Shown: in pieces, positions 15,301 to 25,335 of the stretch
Layout of the letters: the number at the start of each line of letters is the position of its first letter
Position numbering within the stretch: position 1 is the stretch's first letter
Assembly: GCA_013265495.1 (NCBI GenBank)
Contig: MU058453.1
Coordinates: forward strand, 1 to 64,000
DNA: 64,000 nt
From: Vicugna vicugna
Taxonomy: Eukaryota
Reading direction: 5' to 3'
The notes under the pieces: model-generated
What the model saw: the letters and a program-made list of their open reading frames with translations, nothing else
Database searches by the model: none
Told to the model about the DNA's origin: nothing
Program-made: the position numbers and the translations under genes

Positions 15301-18300
15301 AACAACGGCAGCCACATCAGTGTGGTGCCCAGGCTCATGGTAAGGTGGGTCTGATCACACCCATCGCCAGCAGCCTGAATCCATATTTACTTTATCTCCA
15401 CACAGGCCATGAACACCCATTTGGCATTAAAACCAGCCACCTTCCAGCTACTGCGCTCCTGCCACAGGGACCAGAGGACTCTGCCTCTCCTTCTGCCCTC
15501 CTGGAGGCCATCCTCTTGGAGGAGAGGTCCCCAGACACCCAAGGCCAGTTCATCCTTAAGCCCAGGCACCCAGCCAGGAGCCAGCAGGGGAGAGGTGAGC
15601 CCCTTCCCTCCCTCAGGTGTCTTCTCTCGGCTCACGTCTCTGCTCCTGAAACCAAACTCATGCAGAGTTGCTTCTCCATGTGGGGGTGCAGGGACAGTAT
15701 GGGGGGGCACCCAGTATCCACCCAAGCTCAAGCTCAGAGAAACCCTAAATGTCTGAAACCAAGACCCAACTCATGACTAGGAAGGTTCAGGTTTTGATTG
15801 TTTTCATTCCTCCAGGCTGACTGCCCTTCTCTGTGTCCCAGGAGCTCTTCCTACATAAAATTGGGTGTGTCCATTACTGTGTGTCTTAATAAAACACGAG
15901 CTTCTTCCAGCCTGGGAACACACCGTACTTGTCCCAGTGTTTGGTCCAGCATCTCAGACCCTCACGGGAGGTGGTCAGATGACTGTGGGACTTAGACGCA
16001 GCTGCAATGGAAGAATTTCAGTGGTGCAAAGTTATGGAGTTGAACTGGATTCTATAATGGCCTTAGGCTGAAGTGGCCTTGAGGATTCTAGGGTCAGGCA
16101 GCTTGTGTCACGAAAGGCAGACCCTTTCGATGGGAGGAGCTGATGGTCACTGCCTACTCAGCCAAACAGAAAATCTCAGAGTGGGAGGAAACCTCTTACG
16201 AAAGTAGGTGATTACCACACTCTGCTTGTTAGGGCATATCAAACTTTTTAGCGTTTACAGTGACATCTGACACTAGAATCTGCGGACAATACTTGTCAGG
16301 AACCTTGTGTAACTACAGCTTAAGTGACCCCCACGACGCAGGGCAGAGGCAGGAGAGAGCGCTGTCCGGGAAGCGCTGTCACTGGGACAGTCACCCCGGA
16401 GACTGATCAAGCCTCTGGGCTTCACTAGCAGTTTGCAGGGCCTGGGGAAGGAGGACACATGAACACCAGAAGAAGCCAAGTAGCCAATGTCAGCATGTGG
16501 GAAATTCTATACAACAAGGGACTCAGTCTCTCTCTCCTCTAGCCGTGACAAGAAACGTGCTGTAACGTGGAAATCGTGGGAATAAGGTTGAGTGAATTAA
16601 ACTATTACTACTAACAATCTCTTCTTCATTCCATTCACTTCGCGAGACAGCCAACAGAAGTTATCTCTGCAACTGGGCCTTTTGGCAGCGCCCCCGCCCT
16701 CGCCACGACAACCAGTGCCCACCTCTGCCATCTACAAAGCGAGGACAGCTTTTTGGAGCTTCTCTGGGGGACGTGTGCAAGGACGACAAGCTGCCCGCCC
16801 CAGTTCTGGTGGGTCTCCTTTTGATCTTCTGTAGCCCTCCTGACAAGGGCAGCGCTCACAGGTCATGTGTTCTCATCCAAACCCATCCCCAAGTGGAGAA
16901 GTCTTTAGACAGCCCCTGCCTTTGGCTGAGAAGGTTTGTTCGTATTACGTCAGAGAATAAAATCTGATTTCAATACCGCAGAGTCAGGAAGCACATACAG
17001 CAGGAAAAACTGCTCTTGTCCATTCCACTGGTTTCAGCAAAGACCCACATCCACTTGCTCAGACCCATTACTACGGGCTCTGCGGGTATGAAACGCTGCA
17101 AGTCCCCCTCACCCTCATCATCGCTCTTCGTCTCCTTCCTTGAGCTGCGCACTAGTCTCACGTCTCCTCCATCTGAGTCTACTCAATCTTACAGCTCAGC
17201 TCTCACATAGACTTGATTTGTTACCCGACGGTTTAAGTATAAAAAGACTCGTTCTTTGGCAAATATGAATTGTTTAATCCTGACAGAATGTGTCAAATGA
17301 AAGTCACACACTCTGGTTTGTGTTCTGCTCAATTCATACACCGAAATGTCAGCATTAACATTTATTCACCGTCCACTATTTCTCAGAGCACTACACTAGA
17401 TATCAGAAATTTTATTCTAGACATGAAGAAATGCATCATACTAAGTACATGTTACCCCCTACCCCAGTCCTTGCATCTTTCACAGCAAATTTAGAGTAGC
17501 TGTGATGATCATCATCCCCAAAAAGGAAGAATAAAAAGGCCTTAGTAAAGTATGTGCTGTGCCCAAGGTCAGATAAACAGCATGACAGATTCCAGATTCC
17601 TCAGATTCCCTGACTCCAGAACCTCTCACCTGTCTGTGCTGCAGGCCACTCAGCAAAAGGACAGGAAAGACTGATGAGCAGGGGATGCACCCAGAGGGGA
17701 GGAGAGGGCTTTCAGCCTGATTTAAAAGAGGCGAGGAATACAAGAAGCATATTGGGGTACACGGTCACCGAAAGAGGGATAAACACACAGAAAATGAATG
17801 AGGCAAAGATGTCCATACTTCAGCAAGAGCATCTGTATCAGGGAGAATGAGACAGGACTGGGAAGGAGAGGGTGACTCTACAAAGGCCTCAAAGCAGAGA
17901 TGTCTGACTTCACAGTGTACATTCACTGAAAAGGAAAATCTGATTAAACAAGCGTTTAAAATGTTTCAGCGTATGAATGTTAAATGGATTGCTGGGTAGA
18001 AAATACATGTAGAGACACTGAAAAAAAATTCTAAATTGGCTTTAGTCCCTCCAGCTCCAGCACTGGGCCCTCACACACCACCAGTCTCTCCAATAGAGGA
18101 GAAGCGTGTGCTCTGGGCTGGGAGATAGGAAATGCCATATATTTTCTTTTCCTTCCTTTAGGAGATGCTTTCCACTCTCAGTCAGAAAGGGCCACTCACA
18201 AAGCGCATTTTCCTCAAAAATGCCACTAAAACATCCTGCAGGGCCCTGAAGCAGAGGCTGGATTCCGGGGACACAGTAAACATGGAGGATGAGTCCATCC

Positions 18301-21300
18301 TGGTGCTGGCATCCGTCTTAAAGGTAGGGAAACGTCTAGCATTATCCGCACACACAGTGACTCTGAAACTCTAGGAGGCGTCCTTCATCATGACTGCCCA
18401 AGAGCAACAGGCATCCTAGATGAAGGATCTGAGAAACTGGAGAACACCACACAAAGTCAAAATTTAAGGAAACTACTCTGGGTGTTAGCAGCCCCATGCT
18501 AGGTATACTTTCCTTTTTCATCACAACCCTCTCCCCATCTTCACTCCTGAACAATCCATGCAAATACAAAACTAAGTAACAAATGCAAAAGCACACACCT
18601 GTATAGAATGTCCCAAAACAAGCTTTCCGCCTTTGAGGACTCCCTTACCGCCTTCCTAATGAAGCCGAACTTTCCAAAAAAAAATTCACAGTAAGCTTTT
18701 GGAAATACTTATACAAGTTTATCAAGTAAGTAAACATCTACTTTACAATAAATCAAAACATGCTCAGTAAGGCCACTGAAATCTGTCCTCCCTTCCGCCG
18801 TCTGCTAATGCACTTACTTTGAAGCTAGTGCAGGGAGCACGGCTCCGTGTGTGCCTCCTGTCACCTCCTTTCCCGCCTTTGGCTTCCCTTGTTCATGTCT
18901 GTTATGTTTCTCACCCACCACCCGTGGCTAGACTTCCATGGTAAGCAGCTCCTACCACAAGCCTCATTTCATAAATCTGCCTTTTGAAGTGGGTGCAGCA
19001 GTCAAAATTAGTTTCAAGCTCTCAAAATGCAAAGAATTTATAGAAGAAATACATTGATTTTGAAATTATACACCTAAGTCAGGTATCCAGCTACATTTCT
19101 ACAAAGGGACTCACAGAACAGAAGAAGGATTTAATGAATCCATCTTGGTATTTATTATCAGTTCTGAACGAAAGTATATTAATGTAGTAATGACTACAAA
19201 CAGGTTATGAAAATTATCTTAGAAATGCCATTACTTTTGGTCTTTCCTTGTCTCCTATTAATGTTGGATCATAATTTGATTGTGGGATAAATAGCAACAG
19301 TTCAGAAATGACTTCGAATTGACCCCTACCACACTCGCACCATAACACTACACACTAGCTGTGCAAATGCAAGATGAGTGTTGCCGTATCTCAGTGCACA
19401 TGGAATTAATCCCATCATCTAGGAAGAGTGAGGCTCTCGTCTGTTTTCCATTATAAGCACAGACTAACACGAGGCTGGCTACTCGTGGGTACACGTCTTA
19501 GACCCTCCTAACGCTCTTGCTTCCTAAAGTTGACTGCTCTTAATGGGGAATCAGACTTTGCAAACTTGGCGGTGATAATACCATGTGTCAAGTAACCAGA
19601 GAGTTGGTCTAAACCAGAAATGAGTGTCTATCAGCACCACACTGAGTTTGCCATTAAACTGTCTGTAGACAGAGGTCCCACAGCAACACCCTCGGCAGAT
19701 TCTGCTTGAGTCGTGTTCAGGCTTCACGCACGCAGCCTCACCCGTGGCATCCACAGCACAGGGTCCAGGAAGGAGGAGACACGTGCCCCCAGTGCAGGGA
19801 GTCTGTGCACATGAGGCACAGGCCCTGCTGTCCCTTCCAGACTCCTGCAACCAGCCACAGCTGGAGAGCTTCCTCCCTCCAAATACACTGGGGTCACTCC
19901 AGAGGGAACCCGGAGAAAAGCCCTAATGGCAAGAGCGGGTGCCGCACACCAAGCACACACTACAGGATGAGTGGACAGAGACCTTGTCCCCTGCCGTGGC
20001 TGCTCCGTCGGCAGTGCTCAGGAGAGAGGCTGGCACACACAGCAGCTCCGTAAGGACTGGAGCAGGAGAACGCCGACCGCACTGCAGGCGCCACAGCTGC
20101 CCAGAGGCACTTTCTGGACAAGCTCCTACCAAGAGAAGCCTCGGGCCGTGGAGCGAGGCCAGCGCAAGCGCGGTGTGCCTTTCGAACCACCACGGTGATG
20201 CAGAAACTCCCCCAATCTGGCACAAAACATGGCAACTTCAGGGGTGGGGAGGGTGCAGCTCAGCGGAAGAGCGCATGCTTAGCACGCACGAGGTCCTGGG
20301 TTCACTCCCCAGAATCTCCATCAATATATACATAAAACAACACAATTACCACCTTGCTCACAAGGGGAAAACAATGACTGCTTCATAATAGGCCCATTTC
20401 TGTGACATAAAGGCTTCTACAACAGAAACTGACCTATTGTCTCTGACCATACTTTAATTAAAGAAAAAAATGTCTTCACCAGCCCTCTAAACTGACACAT
20501 TTTCCAGGCCCCCACGTAGGAAGCTGACATTTGCGTACCTCTGGCCCTGACACTCAGAGGCCTGAAGTTCCAATGTATCGAAATTTTAAGTGTCCTATTT
20601 GGGAGGGTATGTTCCATTCAAGGAGCTGGAAGGGGGAACATGCAGGTACCACCCACTGGGGATTTTTATGTTTTTAGCATCTGCTGCTTAAAAGGCTGCA
20701 AACTGAACTTTTATACAGTTTAAAAAAGAAGACTGACACTATGATGAGTAGCTTTTCCCCACGAAGCGGGCACACCTCACGTCAGAAAGCCCAGCTCTCT
20801 TGTAATATGTGTGCAAGAGTGTGAGGGGTGTGTGTTCTACATCAGAACCTCTCTTCCTTGAATTAAGAGCAAGCGCTGCCTGAAGTAAACAAGTAACATG
20901 GGCGAGCGTGTTGCTTCTCAGACGCTCACAGGATGTGGGGTGGGTGAGCACCAGACAGGGCCAGCTGGGCCTGGTGCTGACGTGGACACAGGGAGCAAAG
21001 CCCAGCTGGTGGACGGGGGCTCTCACCACTCTCACTGCCGTCCAGACTCTGCTGTGATGCTTCTAATTTTAGATGGAGAGAGTCCAAGCCCCTCCTTCTG
21101 GGTGTGCGAGTGTGTAGTCAGAGCCCAGCTCTGCCTGGGTCACAAACTGGCAGTTGTGAACAAAGTGAGGCCTGAACAGGATTTTTCAACTTAATGTTTT
21201 CTCTGTTATTTCTCCAATATGTATTTATCATAATAATATATGTATTTTTTAATCTGCGGAAGGATTTCGTTCAGAACATCGAAGGCGGTATTTTCACAGC

Positions 21301-23839
21301 AAGTCTCCTCGACAAATGGCTCAGAATCCTTGATGATGAAAAACCAGAGGAAAAAATAACTGCAACCAGGAGGTAATGATGGTCACACCCCGCAAACACA
21401 ACCAACACCCTCTTAGGAAAACATCAGCTCATAGTTCACAGCTCTGTCTACTAAACTCATGACCAGTGTTCAAAGGGCTGCATTTGCTACCCACAGGAGG
21501 CACTTGAAAAACAGATGCAGGCATTATAACCGTTACTGAATTCTTGTTTTCATCCTAATCTTATTAATGTGGACTCCAGACTAGCTACCACCTGCTGAAG
21601 ACACGAACGGCTGCAGATGAAATCCACTGGTCAAAACAGAGACGCTAGAGAACCAATCTGCCAGTGTAACGATCTTAACTTTTCAAACACTTAATCAACC
21701 ACAGAAGTTAGGATCTAGTCCAGAAATTGAAATCAATGCAACATTTTTGTATGCATTCATGCTTAGAACTCAGCGAGAGAGGACTGTGTGCACGGTTCAC
21801 AAAGACGTACCCGGTTCTCTGTCTCTGTATTTCCACTTCCTAAGCAAAATGACATGCTTTGTTTAAAAGTGCATTTTTCTGTCTGTAGACTTTTGGACAA
21901 GCTGCCAAAGGCCAACGCTGACCTCCTGAGACACCTTTTCGGAGCACTCCACAACATCGAGCACCACTCCACCTTCAATCACATGACATCATATAACTTA
22001 GCACAGTGCATTGCCCCAAGCCTTCTGGGTCCACCTAATACCACCAGTTCACAGTTGCAAGAGGACTTGACAAAAATGGTAAGGAGACCTCTCATTTTCA
22101 TGTCTTGTGGGGCATGGTCCCCACTTTGAACCTCAAACATGAGATACTAACCGTGATGTACCAGATTGTTAAAGTGCATTCTGTATTTCCACTTCCTAAG
22201 CAAAATGACGTGCTTTGTTTAAAAGTGCATTTTTCTGTCTGTAGACTTTTGGACAAGCTGCCAAAGGCCAACGCTGACCTCCTGAGACACCTTTTCGGAG
22301 CACTCCACAACATCGAGCACCACTCCGCCTTCAATCACATGACATCATATAACTTAGCACAGTGCATCGCCCCAAGCCTTCTGGGTCCACCTAATGCCAG
22401 CAGCTCACACTTGCAAGAGGACTTGACAAAAATGGTAAGGAGACCTCTCATTTTCATGTCTTGTGGGGCACGGTCCCCACTTTGAACCTCAAACATGAGA
22501 TACTAACCGTGATGTACCAGATTGTTAAAGTGCACATTTTAAAAACGTTCCCCTGGAGGGGCAGAGTCACTGACCTGGTGGGGTGTGGGGATGTGGTGGG
22601 TTGTTACGTGGGAAACTGAGAGCAGTGGAGGCAGTTCTCCTTTCCCATCCAGGAGACGCAACCACAGAGTGATGAGTAGGATGATGGGACAGAACAGAAC
22701 CTGAGCTTTGGGGTCTGGCAGCCGAGGCTCAACTCTCAGCCTAATCACTGAGGGAGTGTGAACTACGGTGAAGGTTCCATCGTTTCATCATCACAGAATG
22801 ACAACACCACCCAGTTCCTCTGGTCACTGCTGGCACATCGCGGCGGCTTGGGCAAGATGAGCACCCACGGCTCCACACACACTGGCCTTCCTCTGCCAGC
22901 TGTGGTCCTTCACAAGGACACTAGACTCCTATTTCACCCCCACTGCAGGCTGAGGGGACTAGTAAAACATTCCAGAACATCCGAACAGAGCCACAACAGG
23001 CCGAATCAGATCACAGCTCTGCCCCAAGCNNNNNNNNNNNNNNNNNNNNNNNNNNNNNNNNNNNNNNNNNNNNNNNNNNNNNNNNNNNNNNNNNNNNNNN
23101 NNNNNNNNNNNNNNNNNNNNNNNNNNNNNNNNNNNNNNNNNNNNNNNNNNNNNNNNNNNNNNNNNNNNNNNNNNNNNNNNNNNNNNNNNNNNNNNNNNNN
23201 NNNNNNNNNNNNNNNNNNNNNNNNNNNNNNNCAGATTCACCTCAAGCTTCCTTCAGGGGTCACTTGAAAACTGTCCTAGTTTTAAAGATGTAACGTCCGT
23301 TACAAAAATGTTCGCTATTGAACGAGGCCACAAATTCTAACTTTAACCCTCTGATTAAAACAGTTTTAAAATCTGCACCCAAAGTACTCTTGAAAGTATC
23401 ACTATTTCTTATAGAAAGCTGATTTGTAGACTCATTTTTTAATCAACTCTGAATTTTCCTCAGAATTCTCTTACAGTTTTTAGCTCCACGAGTTAGGTGT
23501 GAACTGACGTTATAATGATGCCGTATGGAAAACACCCCGTTTCGCCCTCATGTGTTTCAGGTTTCTCTGGTCCAGTTCCTCCTCGAGAACCGCCTCCAGC
23601 TCTGGGGAGAAGACACCCCTCCCCTCTGGGGAGGGCGCGCGGCCACTCCTGACGAAGGTGACGTCACTAGTACCAGGGAGGAGGCTGCAAAGTGTGGGAA
23701 GCATGTAACTGACTTTGGGGAGAAAGGTAGCAAGGCTGCCAGGGCTCATGGGAGACAGTGCTGTTCTGGAGCCCAAATCACATCCAAGAGCAGTGATTTC
23801 CACCTGCTTCAGGTCAGGGCGGCTTTCACACCGTCATGA
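3209..23839 (+). CDS. ARHGAP20: ARHGAP20-like multi-exon gene (PH-RA-RhoGAP), a diverged paralog rather than the orthologue; true 5' start not established
   Basis: 12 exons with canonical AG/GT sites and mutually compatible phases. Translations follow human ARHGAP20 in order: RESPSIEVD; KQKRQLFLY; DKWRAFLERYIDLAKEKEQPKTIPLKIF; GSEKDYQLWV; YPLIGHEHPFGIK; NWAFW; GQLFG; KGPLTK; LASVLKDF; HLFGALHNIE; NHMTSYNLA; QFLLEN. One exon is mostly hidden in an N-gap. Confidence 0.9.
3935..4050 (-). mobile_element. MLT1 (ERVL-MaLR) LTR fragment
   Basis: tggattagaatcttaccttgatgacctcatttagccttaattac...cagatacagccacact resembles the MLT1 terminus. Confidence 0.6.
5570..5762 (+). mobile_element. MIR SINE
   Basis: ctgggttccaaccc...atttacttagcc...ctcacctataaaatgggg...attaagtgaaataaca...gtaagtgctca. 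Confidence 0.75.
7178..7201 (+). CDS. ARHGAP20: ARHGAP20-like exon (PH domain), 5' end only; remainder lies in N-gap 7202-7772
   Basis: tttgcag|G TAT AGA TGG AAC TTT AAT TTA AA gives (K)YRWNFNLK, versus ARHGAP20 KYNNNFKIK; phase matches the previous exon. Confidence 0.75.
8505..8855 (+). mobile_element. Old L1 3' fragment
   Basis: aaatgttcagagcagcattatccacagtagccaaaa, gaatggataaacaaaa, gtggtaatggctgcacaacactgt. Confidence 0.7.
9533..9574 (+). CDS. ARHGAP20: ARHGAP20-like exon, PH C-terminal helix (42 nt)
   Basis: tcttgcag|T TCT TCA GAA...GAG AG|gtactt; SSERRDKWRAFLER. Confidence 0.85.
10177..10261 (+). CDS. ARHGAP20: ARHGAP20-like exon (85 nt)
   Basis: ctttag|A TAC...TCT|gtaagt; YIDLAKEKEQPKTIPLKIFTEDINNCAS. 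Confidence 0.9.
11328..11405 (+). CDS. ARHGAP20: ARHGAP20-like exon, RA domain (78 nt)
   Basis: ttaacag|TCT...ACT|gtaagt; SITIKILNTHTVNDVINLSLSKLGIT. Confidence 0.9.
13022..13088 (+). CDS. ARHGAP20: ARHGAP20-like exon, RA domain (67 nt)
   Basis: cccaag|GGC...ATT G|gtaagt; GSEKDYQLWVTAGKKNASYPLI(G). Confidence 0.9.
15406..15594 (+). CDS. ARHGAP20: ARHGAP20-like exon, end of RA domain (189 nt)
   Basis: cacacag|GC CAT GAA...AGA G|gtgagc; HEHPFGIKTSHL...QGQFILKPRHPARSQQGR. Confidence 0.9.
16651..16808 (+). CDS. ARHGAP20: ARHGAP20-like exon, linker and start of RhoGAP domain
   Basis: gacag|CC AAC...GTT CTG|gtgggt; NWAFWQRP...GQLFGASLGDVCKDDKLPAPVL. Acceptor choice (16647 vs 16651) is uncertain. 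Confidence 0.8.
18162..18323 (+). CDS. ARHGAP20: ARHGAP20-like exon, RhoGAP arginine-finger region (162 nt)
   Basis: ctttag|GAG ATG...TTA AAG|gtaggg; EMLSTLSQKGPLTKRIFLKNATKTSCRALKQRLDSG...LASVLK. Confidence 0.92.
20246..20365 (+). mobile_element. tRNA-derived SINE, Vic-1-like (camelid)
   Basis: ggggagggtgcagctcagcggaagagcgcatgcttagcacgcacgaggtcctgggttcactccccag shows A and B boxes, followed by an A-rich tail and aattacc. Confidence 0.8.
21263..21372 (+). CDS. ARHGAP20: ARHGAP20-like exon, RhoGAP (110 nt)
   Basis: ggaag|GAT TTC...AGG AG|gtaatg; DFVQNIEGGIFTASLLDKWLRILDDEKPEEKITATRR. Confidence 0.9.
21889..22078 (+). CDS. ARHGAP20: ARHGAP20-like RhoGAP exon, copy a (190 nt)
   Basis: ctgtag|A CTT...ATG|gtaagg; LLDKLPKANADLLRHLFGALHNIEHHSTFNHMTSYNLAQCIAPSLLGPPNTTSSQLQEDLTKM. 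Confidence 0.88.
22245..22434 (+). CDS. ARHGAP20: ARHGAP20-like RhoGAP exon, copy b (190 nt)
   Basis: Same splice sites 356 nt downstream; ...HHSAFNHMTSYNLAQCIAPSLLGPPNASSSHLQEDLTKM. Confidence 0.85.
23561..23839 (+). CDS. ARHGAP20: ARHGAP20-like probable last coding exon (end of RhoGAP domain plus short tail)
   Basis: tgtttcag|GTT TCT CTG; VSLVQFLLENRLQLWGED versus VSLLIQFLIENCLRIFGEE; TGA at 23837-23839. A possible donor CAG|gtcagg follows 23812. Confidence 0.8.
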   Translation, partial: VSLVQFLLENRLQLWGEDTPPLWGGRAATPDEGDVTSTREEAAKCGKHVTDFGEKGSKAARAHGRQCCSGAQITSKSSDFHLLQVRAAFTPS

Positions 23840-24006
23840 GACCACAGATAGGATAAGGCAGGCCTGATTGCAGAAGCTGCTAGTACAGCACTAGGAGACA
23901 TCAGGGTATAATACGGTGTTTGGAAAGTTTTCCAAACAAAACTTTAAATGGGCCTCACATATATGAGATGTGCTCAGGCTGAAACTAGAGTGAGGACACC
24001 CCCTTT

Positions 24007-24243
24007 TGCTTAATGGCACATGAGGTACCACAGGTTCCAGTGCCTCTGAAACAGGTTGACAAGAACCTGCACCAGACAGAAACAAAGGACTTGGTTTGAT
24101 GTGAAACCACCTTTCCTTTCCAGAAAAATTCCCTGCTTAATGGCACATGAGGTACCACAGGTTCCAGTGCCTCTGAAACAGGCTGACAAGAACCTGCACC
24201 AGACAGAAACAAAGGACTTGGTTTGATGTGAAACCACCTTTCC
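24007..24243. repeat. 110-bp direct repeat (24007-24116 and 24134-24243) with a 17-nt spacer
   Basis: tgcttaatggcacatgagg...aaaccacctttcc occurs twice, with one mismatch (ggttgac/ggctgac). Confidence 0.95.
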
Positions 24244-24244
24244 A

Positions 24245-24390
24245 GACTGTCAGCTCCTGGGCCCCTGTTCACCAGCTGTGTTACCTCTGGCCAGCTATTT
24301 TAGCTCACTTTCAGTTCCTTCATCTTTAAAATGTGAATAAAAACAACATCTAAATTTTAAGATTATTGTCAAGATTAATCATGGATGGAA
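24245..24390 (+). mobile_element. MIR SINE fragment
   Basis: accagctgtgttacctctggccag...tcagttccttcatctttaaaatg...gattattgtcaagattaa. Confidence 0.6.
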
Positions 24391-24554
24391 ACTAAATTTG
24401 TAAAAAAGCAATTACTAGGGCCAGGAGAAGTTCCTCTGAGAACCCTGAGCTAGGACGGTCTGAGCCCAGGGCACCACAGCTAACTGGCCATCGCCCATTT
24501 CATGAATGAGGTTAGACTCAGCACCTGGGGACATGAATCATGAGACTCTCTGAA

Positions 24555-24688
24555 TTTGGGGGGGCAGGTAATTAGGTTGGTCTGTCTGTTTGTTTTTTAT
24601 GTTAATGGAGGTACTGGGGCTTGAACCCCGGACCTCATGGGCAGTAAGCACGCACTGAACCACGGAGCTATAAGCCTCTCCCAACCCC
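24555..24688 (-). mobile_element. tRNA-derived SINE, Vic-1-like (camelid)
   Basis: Reverse complement reads gggagaggcttatagctccgtggttcagtgcgtgcttactgcccatgaggtccggggttcaagccccagtacctcc...cctaattacctgcccccc. Confidence 0.8.
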
Positions 24689-25134
24689 TTTGCAGTTTTG
24701 ACAGTTTTTGGTTTTATGACATTCATCTCACTGCTTTGAGCATATCTTTAGGAAAATCTATTTAATCAGGAATTTAGTTGAGTCTAGTACCTGAGAATGC
24801 GCTTTACTAAGATAACTGCTTTTAAATTCATCAGTGACAACAGGACGCCTGGAATCAACACGAATGATGGTGGCAGTCATTTACACAAACCCACAAGGGC
24901 AGTACGAGGCCAAGTGCCCATCCACGACAGGTCGACGCACTTGCCTGTCCACGATTTTTGAAGTCCCAGAAGAACAGGAGTGGCCATAATCTCACGCGAC
25001 CCTTCCTGTGCTCTATCTTTATTCCTCACATACTGTTTCACTTTTCTTCCTCCTCTATTCTGCATGTTTATGTTCATTTAATAAAAATGGGTTAGAGAAC
25101 CACTTTAGTTGCATATGGCCCTTATTAACACCTT

Positions 25135-25335
25135 GGTGGAGGCTCATCTGGGGAGTCTGCGTCTCAACTAAGGTCACTTCTGCACTGGCAGTCAACGGGC
25201 AGCTCAGCTGGGGCTGACTCACGTGTCTGTTGCTTGGTGCTGGCTCGAGGTGGATCCCCATCTCTTCAGCAAGCTAGCCCGGCCTTCTTCATACGGTGGA
25301 GGAAGAGTTCCCAACAGCAAGACACTTTTCAAGAG
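25135..25335 (-). mobile_element. MLT1-type LTR fragment
   Basis: cagctcagctggggctgactcacgtgtctg...cagcaagctagcccggccttcttcatacggtgg...acttttcaag. Confidence 0.5.

Larger units (their letters stand above)
21824..22534. repeat. 356-bp tandem duplication containing a whole exon
   Basis: Unit 21824-22179 is repeated at 22180-22534; 8 substitutions counted by eye. Confidence 0.95.

Noticed and set aside
15054..15776. 240-aa ORF
   Set aside because: Only 15406-15594 is homologous and bounded by splice sites; the rest is intron read-through.
20246..20320. tRNA-like sequence with A and B boxes (also 24610-24688)
   Set aside because: Followed by a SINE-type tail and degenerate; called SINE, not a tRNA gene.
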